Notes: generated by a model from the letters alone, not told the origin. A stretch of DNA of 29,349 bases from Archangium sp. (GCA_031367385.1 JANLPS010000007.1:1-29349); one strand, 5' to 3'; numbered from the stretch's first letter, positions 8,692 to 18,506 are shown. Numbers and translations are program-made.

Positions 8692-10112
8692 GCGTCAACC
8701 GCCGACAACTGCTCAAGGCGCTGGGCCTGGCATCGGTCTCCAGTGCGGTGCTCGGCGGCCGCCGGGCCTGGTCAGAACCCTCGGCCGCTCCCAAGCGCGT
8801 CGTCTTCTTCGTGCAGCCCCATGGCCACGTGCCCAGCGGGTGGAAGATGCCGATACCCGGGGGCCCCACCGATGCGTTCGCCGAGCGCTCGTTGCGCGAC
8901 GTGCCGGCCGAAGAGTTCAGCAAAGTGCTGCGGCCGCTGTACCCGTTTCGCAACAAGCTGCTCGCCATCGAGGGCCTCGCGCACACCTCGGTGCTCGCCG
9001 ACATCATCGAAGTCGGTCGCAAAGGCGGAGACGGCAACAACCACTCCCTCGGTGTCGCCGGCGTCTTGACCGGTGCCTATTCGGCGCAGCGCCTCGGCTA
9101 CGCCGCCGCGGGTGGGGCCATCTCCATCGACCAGGCCCTCGCCATTCGCGGCGCCGGCGGAGGCCGCTTCAGCTCGCGCGTGTACGGCGCTGACTACACG
9201 CCCAACTCCACCGTCACCGCGTTCTCGTTCTTGGGGCCTTCGCAAGCCTCGCCGATGGTCAAAGACCCGCTGACCGCGTTTCACGACCTGGTCGGAGCGG
9301 CCCCGACCCACACCGACCGCGACGCGATGTTGCAACTGTTGCGCAGCTCGGTGCTCGACACCGTCGGCACCGAGTACCAGACGTTGGCCCCGCGCTTGAG
9401 CACCGAGGGGCGCTTGAAGCTCGATCAACACCACGCGTTGGTGCGAGATCTCGAGATGAGCTTGGCCACGTCGAGCCAGCGGCCGCTCTGCGAGCTGACC
9501 ATGGCCGAGGGGCAGCCGTTGATCACCTCGTTCATGAAGCTGATTCGCATGGCCTTCTCGTGCGACTTGACCCGGGTGGCGACCTTCGTCGCGCCGGTGC
9601 CCCAGCCGCCTGAATTCGGCTACCCACCCGAGGCCAACGTGCACGCGAGCTACGCGCACTCGTCGATTCAAGGCATGACCTCGTGCGGCCAGCTCTACGA
9701 CCCCAAGTCAGAGCGAGCGATGAACGACCTGGGGGCCTGGTACGCGAATCACTTTGCGACCCTGCTGGGCGAGCTCGATGCGGTCAAAGAGGGCGACGGT
9801 ACGCTGCTCGACAACACCGTGGTGGTGTGGGTGACCGAGCTGGCCACGCCCACGCACCAGCACAACGACTCATGCGTGGTTCTCGCTGGTGGGGCGAAGG
9901 GCTTCTTTCGCACCGGTCGATACCTGCGCTACCCGCAGACGCTGGTCAGCCCGGTCAAAGACATGCCCCGCATCGGAGAGAGCCACAACCGGTTGTATGT
10001 GAGCGTGATGCAGGCGCTCGGGTACGACGACGTGAGCTTTGGCTTGGCCGAGACCACCGGTTCTGACGGCTCGAAGCTCTCAATGAGCGGGCCGCTGGCC
10101 GAGCTGCGCTAG
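8688..10112 (+). CDS. DUF1552 (HXXSHH-family) protein with Tat signal
   Basis: ATGA overlap with the upstream DUF1592 gene. MSVNRRQLLK Tat motif, SIDQ, AFSCDLTRVAT, EGDGTLLDNTVVVW. Confidence 0.88.
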   Translation: MSVNRRQLLKALGLASVSSAVLGGRRAWSEPSAAPKRVVFFVQPHGHVPSGWKMPIPGGPTDAFAERSLRDVPAEEFSKVLRPLYPFRNKLLAIEGLAHTSVLADIIEVGRKGGDGNNHSLGVAGVLTGAYSAQRLGYAAAGGAISIDQALAIRGAGGGRFSSRVYGADYTPNSTVTAFSFLGPSQASPMVKDPLTAFHDLVGAAPTHTDRDAMLQLLRSSVLDTVGTEYQTLAPRLSTEGRLKLDQHHALVRDLEMSLATSSQRPLCELTMAEGQPLITSFMKLIRMAFSCDLTRVATFVAPVPQPPEFGYPPEANVHASYAHSSIQGMTSCGQLYDPKSERAMNDLGAWYANHFATLLGELDAVKEGDGTLLDNTVVVWVTELATPTHQHNDSCVVLAGGAKGFFRTGRYLRYPQTLVSPVKDMPRIGESHNRLYVSVMQALGYDDVSFGLAETTGSDGSKLSMSGPLAELR

Positions 10113-10540
10113 ACCGTCTCGAGCGTCACGGCGCCGATGAACTTGTCGGCGCCGATCACCTCGAGGGTGTTCTTGGCGTCGTCGGTGGTCGTCACGCCAA
10201 GGTGCACCACCAGCAGCGCTGCGTCGGCTGAGATGGCGATCGGCACGCCTGACTGAGCGCCCATCACCGAATCAACGCAGACCACGGCCTTGCCGCCCTT
10301 CTCGACGTGGTTCGCCATGTCGACGATCACCTTCGAGACGCTGGTCAAATCGAGATCTTCAGTCGAAAAATACCGAGCGGGCGCGCCATGCACCAGCGTG
10401 CTGACCTCGACCAGGGCCTTGGCCACGAAGCTGGCTGAAAACGAGGCCGAGGCGGGCACCACGGCGAGCGAGTTCCATTCTCCACGCAGGCAGGTGAGCA
10501 GCTGCCGATGCAGCTCTTGTTGATCAGGCGACTTGCTCAT
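10109..10540 (-). CDS. Stand-alone BY-kinase-like (CpsD/CapB fold) pseudokinase, EcpK/WzeX-like
   Basis: 143 aa, ATGA-coupled to the GT2 gene. VVCVDS (degenerate Walker B), ADAALLVV and C-terminal FIGAV resemble BY-kinase domains. No GxxxxGK Walker A motif. Confidence 0.7.
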   Translation of the reverse strand: MSKSPDQQELHRQLLTCLRGEWNSLAVVPASASFSASFVAKALVEVSTLVHGAPARYFSTEDLDLTSVSKVIVDMANHVEKGGKAVVCVDSVMGAQSGVPIAISADAALLVVHLGVTTTDDAKNTLEVIGADKFIGAVTLETV

Positions 10541-11745
10541 GGTTTCGGTTCTCCCTCGCGCGTCGTACGAACCCACTCATCGGGCTTTTTGACTTTGGGC
10601 CGCTGCAGCACCAACAGCACCTTCCACGCCACGTAGGCCGGAGCGAGCCCCAAGTCGAGCAGCCCTCGCAGCCCCGTCTTCGAATGCAGCCACCCGGCAA
10701 AACCGTACAGCCCAAGCCCGCTGGCCCCCAGCGAGTACATCGAAAGCGCCACCGCCCCGTGCTCGGTGAAGCCCAGCAGCGCGGTCGACGCCACCAACCC
10801 GGCCACCACCGCCCCCGCCACCCGGCTCAGCGGAGGGACCAACACGTCCATCGAGAGGTCGAGCAGCAAGGCACTTCGCGCCCTCAGCCCGTCGCGAATC
10901 AAGGGCCAGCCGTAGGTGCGCGCGATCTGCGCTCGGCCGTCTTCCCAACGGCTTCGCTGCGAGCGCGAGGCCTTCTCACCCGAGACCATTTCGCCGAGCA
11001 CGAAGGCCTCGGCCGCGTAGGCCACCCTCGACCCGCGCCGGCCCAGGCGAATGCCGTACTCGAGGTCTTCGACCAGTGAAAACGCGTCGTGGGGCACGTC
11101 GCGCAGGAGCGAGGTGCGAAAGCACATGCCGTTGCCGCGCAGCCCAGTCGAGACGCGCCAGCGCTCACGCGCGTTCGAGCGAACCTGGTGAAACATCGCC
11201 AGCGCGATGCACATCAGCCGGGTTCGCCACGAGGCATTCGGGTTTCGAACACCGTAATGGGCCTGGGCGGCGACCTCTCCGGCTTCGAGCCGGGCGGCGA
11301 AGGCCGAGAGCAGGTTTGCCGAGACGACCGTGTCGGCGTCGACCACCACCACCGCGTCGGCGGCGAAGGAGTCACTCAGCGAGCGCTCGAAGGCGTGGGC
11401 CAGGGCGTACCCTTTGCCGCGCTTCTCGGCGTCGGTGCGCTCGAGCACGGTCGCACCCGCCTCACGGGCTCGGGCCGCGGTGTCATCGGTGCAGTTGTCG
11501 GCCACGACGATCACCCGCCGAAGCTCGGTAGGGTAGTCGACCGCTGACACGCTCTTCACCGTCTCGGCGATGCCCGCCGACTCATTGTGCGCGGGTATCA
11601 CGAAATCGAACGTGAACCGGGTGCTCGCCGCCTTCGGTGGCTTGACCGGCCACGAGCACACCGCCATCAGGCCCAGATACCCCGCCGTCAGCAGCACCGG
11701 CACCGCGAGCAGCGCCAACACCACCTCGAGCAGGGTCGCGATCAA
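10537..11745 (-). CDS. Family 2 glycosyltransferase (EpsU/EpsD-like)
   Basis: IPAHNE, ADNCTD, GKGYAL, VVVDADT, EDLEY, QRSRW. TTG start overlaps the epsV stop (TTGA). Confidence 0.92.
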   Translation of the reverse strand: MIATLLEVVLALLAVPVLLTAGYLGLMAVCSWPVKPPKAASTRFTFDFVIPAHNESAGIAETVKSVSAVDYPTELRRVIVVADNCTDDTAARAREAGATVLERTDAEKRGKGYALAHAFERSLSDSFAADAVVVVDADTVVSANLLSAFAARLEAGEVAAQAHYGVRNPNASWRTRLMCIALAMFHQVRSNARERWRVSTGLRGNGMCFRTSLLRDVPHDAFSLVEDLEYGIRLGRRGSRVAYAAEAFVLGEMVSGEKASRSQRSRWEDGRAQIARTYGWPLIRDGLRARSALLLDLSMDVLVPPLSRVAGAVVAGLVASTALLGFTEHGAVALSMYSLGASGLGLYGFAGWLHSKTGLRGLLDLGLAPAYVAWKVLLVLQRPKVKKPDEWVRTTREGEPKP

Positions 11746-13268
11746 ACCTTTTTCAACCGGCTCAAGACCTTCAAGCCCAAAGAGCGCTCGACCTGCCAAG
11801 GCTCGACGAAACAGTTTCGGCTCACGTCGCGGGCGGCGCCGATCAACAAGCCGGCTCCGAGCGCGGCGATGAAGGTGATGGCGAGAATCATGCCCACGTT
11901 CGGCTTGAGCGGCTTCTTCGGCACCGACGCCGGTCGCACCACGCTGTAGCGGTACTTGAACGCCGCCCGAGCCGTGTCTTGCTCGATGCGCGCGCCGTCG
12001 ATTCGCATCATCAGCTCTTCGTACTTGGCCGCCGCGACTCGCAGATTGTTGCGCGCGTATTCGACCAACGGGTCATCGGCCAGCTCGGCGTTCGACAAGG
12101 CCGCGGTGGCACCGCTTTGAATCTGCTGGCCTCCGCGCTTGACGCCAGGCGTGCGTGGCTCGATCAACGAGTCGGGGTCTTTGCCACCTTTGCGCGCGTA
12201 CTCCTGCAGCAGCTGGCTGATGTCGCCCTTGACCTGCGTAATCTGAGGCGAATCTTGCTTGAGCGCGTCGATGCGTTGGCGCGTCTCGAGCACCACCGGG
12301 TGTTGATCGGCGTACTGCACCTTTTGCTCCTGGAGCTGCGCGGTCAGCTCAGTGACCCGCCGCGAGCGAAACTCTTCGAGGTCGATCAACGCGCGCCGCT
12401 TCGAGTTGAGCAAGAACTTGAGCTGAGCGAGCTCCTGCTCGGTGGCCTGAGAGCCGGCCGTCTTCGGCTCAGGCGCCTCCTTGGCCGCCGCCGCCGCTGC
12501 TGCGAAGGCCTTGGCCGTCTCTGCCGGGCCCTTCTCTGAGGGTGACGCCGTACCAGCGCGACGCTGCTCGCGCACACGCTCGAGCTCGTGGAGCGAATCT
12601 TCAACGCTCTTTTGCACCCCGCCCGCGTGCATCTCGAGAATCGAGAGCGCCTCGCTGATCGCGGTCATCTCGGTCACGTGGCGGGTCTCGAGAAAGTTCT
12701 GCTGCGCGGTCTCGACCAGCAGGTACGCGGTCTGCGGGTCGGGCCAGTCGATCGAGATGGTCACGGTCTGCGGGTCGGTGTCGACCTTGAGGTACTTCTC
12801 GAGCGTGCCCACCATGGCGTCGATCTCATCGTCTTCGGTCAGCTTGCCCGCGAAGACCCGCATCACTGCGTCTTTCAGCTTGACCACGAGCGGCCGGGTC
12901 TCGCGCCAGCTCTTGAGCAGGTTGGTCTCTTTGATCAACGAGACCAGGTTGTTGCGGGCAAAGACGATTTCTTTCGCGGCGCGGGTGGGGTCTTCTGAGG
13001 GCAGGCTCGAGCGCGGGTTGCCCAACGCACGAATCAGTTGATTCTGGTTCGCCAGCAACCGCGACTCGGCGTGCCAGGTGCGGGGCCAGAGCAAGGCCAC
13101 CGCCACGCCAATCGCCAGCACCGAAGTAAACGCGCCCAGGGTCAGAAAGCGGTGGCGTCGAACGCCGCCCAAGACGAAGCCGATGACGTTGCGAATGTGC
13201 TGATAGTCGAAGAGGTCGAGCTGCCCGCGTTCATCGACCGGGGCAGGAGGCAGCAGCGGAGCGTTCAC
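11742..13268 (-). CDS. epsV: Polysaccharide co-polymerase (Wzc/Wzz-type without kinase domain)
   Basis: N-terminal TM, coiled-coil periplasmic region with Y.DQHP.V, proline-rich PASVPKKPLKP before the second TM, short C-terminal tail. GTG start overlaps the epsW stop, with GAGG upstream. Confidence 0.88.
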   Translation of the reverse strand: MNAPLLPPAPVDERGQLDLFDYQHIRNVIGFVLGGVRRHRFLTLGAFTSVLAIGVAVALLWPRTWHAESRLLANQNQLIRALGNPRSSLPSEDPTRAAKEIVFARNNLVSLIKETNLLKSWRETRPLVVKLKDAVMRVFAGKLTEDDEIDAMVGTLEKYLKVDTDPQTVTISIDWPDPQTAYLLVETAQQNFLETRHVTEMTAISEALSILEMHAGGVQKSVEDSLHELERVREQRRAGTASPSEKGPAETAKAFAAAAAAAKEAPEPKTAGSQATEQELAQLKFLLNSKRRALIDLEEFRSRRVTELTAQLQEQKVQYADQHPVVLETRQRIDALKQDSPQITQVKGDISQLLQEYARKGGKDPDSLIEPRTPGVKRGGQQIQSGATAALSNAELADDPLVEYARNNLRVAAAKYEELMMRIDGARIEQDTARAAFKYRYSVVRPASVPKKPLKPNVGMILAITFIAALGAGLLIGAARDVSRNCFVEPWQVERSLGLKVLSRLKKV

Positions 13269-13675
13269 GTCGGCGCCTCTTCGAGCGTCAAGCGCACGTG
13301 CTCGACGAACTGGGCCTGGGTGAAGGGTTTGACCAGGTACTGGCGCACGCCGAGCTCTTCGGCGACGGCGCGATCTCCGGGCATGCTGCGAGCGCTGATC
13401 ATCAGAATGGGCAACCCCTTCAACGCTGGCGCTTTCACGATGTGCTCGCACACGTCGTAACCCGATGACTCGGGCAGCATCTGATCGATGCAAAGAATCG
13501 TCGGCCGCGCCTCATCGAGCTTCTTGATGGCCAGGCGCCCGTTGCTCGCCGTGGTCACCTCGAAATCGAGGCGTTGCAGATAGATGCTGATCAGGTTGCG
13601 AATTTCGGGGTCGTCCTCGACGACGAGTGCCGTTCTTCGAGGGGTGCTCACGGGCGGCACTGTATCTGATTTCAC
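13265..13675 (-). CDS. epsW: Single-domain response regulator
   Basis: VVEDD, LCIDQMLP (phospho-acceptor Asp), ISAR, KPF. Position between epsX and epsV matches Myxococcus xanthus. Start is 13675 (coupled) or 13651. Confidence 0.85.
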   Translation of the reverse strand: MKSDTVPPVSTPRRTALVVEDDPEIRNLISIYLQRLDFEVTTASNGRLAIKKLDEARPTILCIDQMLPESSGYDVCEHIVKAPALKGLPILMISARSMPGDRAVAEELGVRQYLVKPFTQAQFVEHVRLTLEEAPT

Positions 13676-14919
13676 CACGCCACCGAACGTTCGTCGTGAA
13701 CCGTTGCCGAGAAGGTCACGAGGTATTGCAACTGACCCGGGCCGCCGGTTCGTGGTTGCTCTGACCACACCACTCGCCCTAAAACCCCCAGCATCAGCCA
13801 GTTGAAGATGCCCCAGCGGGCACCAGTCTCTGCGTAATAGATGCTGTCACCCACCTGTTGCGATTTGCCGATGGGCACCGCGTACGCGAACCCCGCATTG
13901 CCCACCGATGTCCACTGCCGGCGAAAGCGCCATTCACTGGTCAGCTGCGTCTCGATGCGCTCGTAGACCAGCGCGGTGTACCGGTCGGCGAAGGGCCCGA
14001 GGCGCGCATTCACGTTGAAGCTCGCCGGAGCGTCGCGGATCTTGCTGCGCCACACCGCGGTGCCGACGACGACGGGCAGAATTTCTTCGTAGTTGCCGGC
14101 GATCGGCCCGTTCATGTAGGCGACGAGGTGCTCCTTGGTGTAGGCGACGCCGCCGCCCAGAGACGCGGTGAATTCGCGGCTGAGCTGGCGCTCGAACGAC
14201 TCGGTCACTGACCCGATCAGCTGACTCTGGGAGGTGGCGAAGGTGGCCTGAAAATATTGCGCGCTCGTGATCAGCGCGTTGTGCCGCCACACCTCACCCC
14301 GAAACCGGGCGTTCGCCAGCGGGCCCCACTGCAGCGGGAGCGTGACGTTGAACACCGGGCTGCCTGAGATCATGTAACCCCCGCTCAAGTAAAAGCTGAA
14401 GTGGTCGGTGGGGTTGGCGTCGAAGCTGCCGATCGACGCGAAGCGCTCGTAGGGCAGAGCGCCCAGGGTGCCCGTGCCAGAGCTGCCAGTGATCGGCGTC
14501 GAACCATCAGCGGGCAACAGCGTGCCGACGTCGGCAATGCCCGCGGCCGCATCTTGGTACAGCGAGAGTCTGGCGCGGGCCCAGGCCTGGGTGAACACCA
14601 CCCGCCCCCGGTGGAGCAGCAGCACCGGCCCCAAGAGCTGCGGCTCGCGAAAGAGAATGCTCGGGTTGTACTGGAGCAGCAGGTGGGTGCGGTCCCACCC
14701 CAGGGTGACTTGTGCGTTGGGCAGCAGCTCGATGTCAGTCGTGATGAATTTGGCGCGATCTCCGCCCAACGGAGAGCGCACTCGCAGATCGGTGCGGCCC
14801 CAGAGCACCGACTGCACGTCGGTCGCCAGCGCGGGCCCCGCCGACAGCACCAGCACGCACACCAACAGCTCGAGGAGCCGCCTCGGGTACTGCGATCTGG
14901 GGTGGGCGCACGGAGCCAT
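13672..14919 (-). CDS. epsX: Outer-membrane beta-barrel for polysaccharide export (EpsX/Wzp-like)
   Basis: Signal peptide ending ALA, amphipathic beta-strand pattern, terminal Trp, and position directly after the short OPX gene. Symbol assigned by synteny. Confidence 0.75.
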   Translation of the reverse strand: MAPCAHPRSQYPRRLLELLVCVLVLSAGPALATDVQSVLWGRTDLRVRSPLGGDRAKFITTDIELLPNAQVTLGWDRTHLLLQYNPSILFREPQLLGPVLLLHRGRVVFTQAWARARLSLYQDAAAGIADVGTLLPADGSTPITGSSGTGTLGALPYERFASIGSFDANPTDHFSFYLSGGYMISGSPVFNVTLPLQWGPLANARFRGEVWRHNALITSAQYFQATFATSQSQLIGSVTESFERQLSREFTASLGGGVAYTKEHLVAYMNGPIAGNYEEILPVVVGTAVWRSKIRDAPASFNVNARLGPFADRYTALVYERIETQLTSEWRFRRQWTSVGNAGFAYAVPIGKSQQVGDSIYYAETGARWGIFNWLMLGVLGRVVWSEQPRTGGPGQLQYLVTFSATVHDERSVAW

Positions 14920-15510
14920 TCACTCGGCGACGATGATGTCTTGGGGCGCCAACGCGAAGCGCGCGGCCTTGGTCTCGCCTCGGGTCAACGCGGCCCAGGT
15001 GAAGCGAATGCGAACCGGCGCCACGTCTGGGCCCGGCTTGCGGAGCACGAAGATGCCCTCGCGCTGAGCAAAGTCGGTCAGCCCACCCGCCGCGGCCAGC
15101 GCCTGCAGCACGCCCGCCCCGGGGTCGAGGGTCACCAGGCTGGGCCGCACCACTTCGCCCACCACTGAGACCGTCAATGGCCGCGACTCTTCGAGCGAGA
15201 CCGTGACCACCGGGTTGTTGATGAAATCTTTGAGCCGGGTCTGCAGCTCGAGCGCCAGGGCGCTGGGGGTCTTGCCCGCCGCCGACCAATCATTGACGAA
15301 GGGGAGCGAAACCTTGCCGTCGGCTCGAACCTTGACCCGTGAGGTCACGGCGTCTTGTTGAAAGACGCGCACCTGCAACACGTCGCCAGTCGCGATGATG
15401 TACTGCGGCGGAGGCACGATGTTGTATTCGTTGATCGGCAGAAACGCGCCGCTGGGCGTGTAGCAAGCGGTGAGCGCGAGCGCTGCGAGAAGAGAAATTC
15501 GGTTGATCAT
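14920..15510 (-). CDS. epsY: Short OPX (Wza-family) polysaccharide export lipoprotein
   Basis: Lipobox LTAC, Poly_export motif GDVLQVRVF...VRADGKVSLPFV, SLBB motif VVGEV.RP...ALAAAGG. 196 aa with no C-terminal membrane helix. Confidence 0.9.
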   Translation of the reverse strand: MINRISLLAALALTACYTPSGAFLPINEYNIVPPPQYIIATGDVLQVRVFQQDAVTSRVKVRADGKVSLPFVNDWSAAGKTPSALALELQTRLKDFINNPVVTVSLEESRPLTVSVVGEVVRPSLVTLDPGAGVLQALAAAGGLTDFAQREGIFVLRKPGPDVAPVRIRFTWAALTRGETKAARFALAPQDIIVAE

Positions 15511-17021
15511 GCCGGCCCTTGGAGTTCTTCGGTTTTTTTGCCACGCGCGAATGCGGCTCGCGCAAATTCAATCGTCTCTTGCAGGTGCATCGCTCGCACT
15601 CCGAGAATCAGCGTCACGTACGCCGCTCCGTCGACCGCGATGCGCAACAGACCTGGCATTCGCCCCTGAAGCCAGTAATCGATCAGCGTGACCGTGATCA
15701 CCACCCCCACCGTCTTGGCGATCATCACCAACGAGCGACGATCGAACGCGCGAGTGCCCACCAGCGCGGTCATCAAGCCGGTCACCACGATCTCGGTACC
15801 CAGCTGAGCCATGGCAGCGCCGATGCCCGCTCCGCCCTCGCCGAAGGTGGCCATCGCCCGGCGAATCAACAGCCAATTGAGCAGCGGGTTCACCACCAGC
15901 CCCGAGATTGAAATGCCCGCCTGCCACCAGGCCCGCCCGGTCAAGATCAACGCGTTGGCCGAGAGAATCGCGACATAGGTGAGCACGAAGATCGACGAGA
16001 GCCACTTGAGTGAGATCGCCGCGGGCGCGTACTCCTGGCCATACAGCAGCACCACCCATTGTTCGGCTCCCAAGCACACCGCCAACGACGTGGGAAAAGC
16101 GATCGCCAAGACCAGCTCGAGCGAACGACGCATCACCTTCGTGTATTCCTCGTCGGAGCGTGCTCGCGCGCGTGCGAAGAGCGGCATCAACACCCAGCCG
16201 ATCATCGGCGTCACCATCAACGCCAGCCCGGCGATCAAGCTCGAGGCGCCGTACCAGGCGACTTCACGGTCTCCGGCGACGATGGCCAAGATGCTGACGT
16301 CGAGCTTGTTGTAGATGGTGTGCGCCGCGACGTTCAAAAAGATGGGCAGCGAGCCCAGCAGCGCCAGCTTCACTGGCCCCCAGCTGATCACCCACCGCAG
16401 CCCGAGGTTCTGTCGTGCCAACACCGAGCTCACCGCGGTCTTGAGCGCTTCAGAGAGCACCAGCGACAGGGCGATGCCCCACAGCGGCCAGTGGAGCACG
16501 ACCGTCAACATCGTGCCCACGCCCCAGATGATCTTCGAGGCGATGTTCAGCAGTGAGAGCCCATTGACCTCGCCCTTGGCGTGCAACAGCGCCGCGAAGC
16601 TCTGGTTGAGCGTGTACAAAAACGCCGACACGCCGAACAAGTGCACCAGGAGCCAGGTGTCGACCGGGCGGTGGGTGAGCATCAAGAACGCCTGCATGCC
16701 GCCGAAGAGCAGCACCGCGAGAACGATGCGAACCAGGGTGACGCCGGCGAAGAACTCGGTGGCGTGCTCGGGTTTGACCGCCACTTCTTTGCGAATGTAG
16801 GTGTCGATGCCGAGGGCGGTGAGCGCGAACACCGTCGAGGTGAACGCGTCGGCGAAGTTCACCGCACCGAAGGCATCAGGCCCCAGATACCGCGGCATCA
16901 TCAGCCGCACGCCGAGGGCGATGCCCCAGGTGAGCATCAGTGAGCCGCCCAGCTTGACTGCATTTCTCAGAGCGAGGAGCGCGTCGCTCTGGTGCTTTTC
17001 AGTCGTGGTCTCTGCCGACAC
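15507..17021 (-). CDS. wzx: Wzx flippase (MOP superfamily)
   Basis: About 12-14 hydrophobic segments, RYLGPDAFG, IYNKLDVSIL, EVAWYGA, LLYGQEY. Confidence 0.9.
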   Translation of the reverse strand: MSAETTTEKHQSDALLALRNAVKLGGSLMLTWGIALGVRLMMPRYLGPDAFGAVNFADAFTSTVFALTALGIDTYIRKEVAVKPEHATEFFAGVTLVRIVLAVLLFGGMQAFLMLTHRPVDTWLLVHLFGVSAFLYTLNQSFAALLHAKGEVNGLSLLNIASKIIWGVGTMLTVVLHWPLWGIALSLVLSEALKTAVSSVLARQNLGLRWVISWGPVKLALLGSLPIFLNVAAHTIYNKLDVSILAIVAGDREVAWYGASSLIAGLALMVTPMIGWVLMPLFARARARSDEEYTKVMRRSLELVLAIAFPTSLAVCLGAEQWVVLLYGQEYAPAAISLKWLSSIFVLTYVAILSANALILTGRAWWQAGISISGLVVNPLLNWLLIRRAMATFGEGGAGIGAAMAQLGTEIVVTGLMTALVGTRAFDRRSLVMIAKTVGVVITVTLIDYWLQGRMPGLLRIAVDGAAYVTLILGVRAMHLQETIEFARAAFARGKKTEELQGPA

Positions 17022-17034
17022 GGAGCTTTGAAGC

Positions 17035-18423
17035 CTAGCTGGCCCCGCGACCCGTCAACACCACGGGGAACGTTTTCAGCACCAGCTCGAGGTCTTTTCC
17101 GAATGACCAGTTATCGATGTACTCGAGGTCCATGTACATCCACTGCTCGAAGGAGATCTCGTTGCGGCCGCTGACCTGCCAGATGCAGGTCAGGCCCGGG
17201 CGCACCGACAAGCGACGGCGCTGCCAGACCGCATACTTCGCGACCTCAGACGGCACGGGCGGCCTCGGGCCGACGACGCTCATGTCACCACGCAGCACGT
17301 TCACCAGCTGAGGCAACTCGTCGATCGAAAACTTTCGCAAGAACTTGCCGATGGGGGTGATGCGCGGGTCTTTCTTCATCTTGAAGACCGGGCCGTCCAT
17401 CTCGTTTTGCTGCGAGAGGGTGGCCTTCAAGGCCTCGGCGTTCTCGACCATCGTGCGGAACTTGAGCATGCGAAACGGTCGGCCGTGCAGACCGACACGA
17501 ACCTGACGAAAGAACACCGGGCCGCGTGAGGTGAGCTTGATCAGCACCGCGACGAGCAGCAGCGGCACCGAGAGAACCCACAGCGCCAACCCGGTCGAGA
17601 AGATGTCGAACGCGCGCTTGAGCGCCATCTGGGTCGGCTTCGAATCGACCGACTGGTAGTGCAGGTACCCGTCAGCGACTGCGTGAGTCGGCAAGGGGCG
17701 GGCGCGCTCGAGCCGGTACTGGTAGGCCGGCATCGCGAACGGCACTCCGAACTTCTCGCACAGCTTGATCGCGGCCTGCATTTCTTCGGCGTTCGCGGGG
17801 CTGTTCGACGCGAGGTACACCTCGCCCACCGGCACCGTGCGCAAGACCTGTTCGAGCTCGCTGGTGGTACCCAAGATGCGCGAGCGCAGGCGGGCCGGGG
17901 GCACCTCGCTGGTGAAGCGCACGAACCCGACCACTTCGTGACGGCCGCGGGCGTGGAGGTCGTCGGCGGTGGCACGGCCCAGTGCGCCGACTCCGACCAC
18001 CAAGACTTCGTCAATCGGGCCCGACTTCGGCGACAAGGTGCGAAACAGCGAGGCCCGCATGCCAAGAGCGGCCGGCCAGAACAGCAACAAGAAGATGCCG
18101 ACATTCGGCAACCCGGGGATCTTGAAGAGCAGGGTCGCGCACGCCAACACCGTGGTGACCGCCAAGACCAGAATCGAGGTCATCGCCGAGTCGTCGAAGT
18201 ACGCGCGGTCTGAGGCCCAGGGGTCGTACTGACGCAGCGCCATCGCCGTGATGAGCCACGTCAACAACGCGACCAGGCTGAAAGACAAAAGCTCGGGCGG
18301 CAACGACGCGGCACCCGACAAGAAGGTTGAGACGATCAGCGCCGACACCATCAAGAGCAAATCGACGAGGAAACTGACTCTCGCCACCGTCCCCGCCGCC
18401 ACTCTCCCGAACAATGAATTCAT
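17035..18423 (-). CDS. epsZ: Polyprenyl-phosphate hexose-1-phosphate transferase (WbaP/WcaJ type)
   Basis: N-terminal TMs, KRAFDI, KFRTM, DPRITPIGKFLRKFSIDELPQL.NVL.GDMSVVGPRP, RPGLTCIWQV. Confidence 0.93.
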   Translation of the reverse strand: MNSLFGRVAAGTVARVSFLVDLLLMVSALIVSTFLSGAASLPPELLSFSLVALLTWLITAMALRQYDPWASDRAYFDDSAMTSILVLAVTTVLACATLLFKIPGLPNVGIFLLLFWPAALGMRASLFRTLSPKSGPIDEVLVVGVGALGRATADDLHARGRHEVVGFVRFTSEVPPARLRSRILGTTSELEQVLRTVPVGEVYLASNSPANAEEMQAAIKLCEKFGVPFAMPAYQYRLERARPLPTHAVADGYLHYQSVDSKPTQMALKRAFDIFSTGLALWVLSVPLLLVAVLIKLTSRGPVFFRQVRVGLHGRPFRMLKFRTMVENAEALKATLSQQNEMDGPVFKMKKDPRITPIGKFLRKFSIDELPQLVNVLRGDMSVVGPRPPVPSEVAKYAVWQRRRLSVRPGLTCIWQVSGRNEISFEQWMYMDLEYIDNWSFGKDLELVLKTFPVVLTGRGAS

Positions 18424-18487
18424 ACGCTGTTATCGCTTTCTACCGGTCGCGAGTTGCTCCGGTCCGCCCTCAGGTCCAGATCAGTTC

Positions 18488-18506
18488 CACAACGCATTGC
18501 GTTGTG
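18488..18506. promoter_or_regulatory. Perfect palindrome, candidate operator upstream of epsZ
   Basis: CACAACGCA-T-TGCGTTGTG in an AT-enriched intergenic region, 65-83 bp upstream of the epsZ ATG. Confidence 0.55.

Noticed and set aside
12484..12504. GCC/GCT trinucleotide run in epsV
   Set aside because: It is an in-frame poly-Ala linker, with no evidence for a contingency locus.
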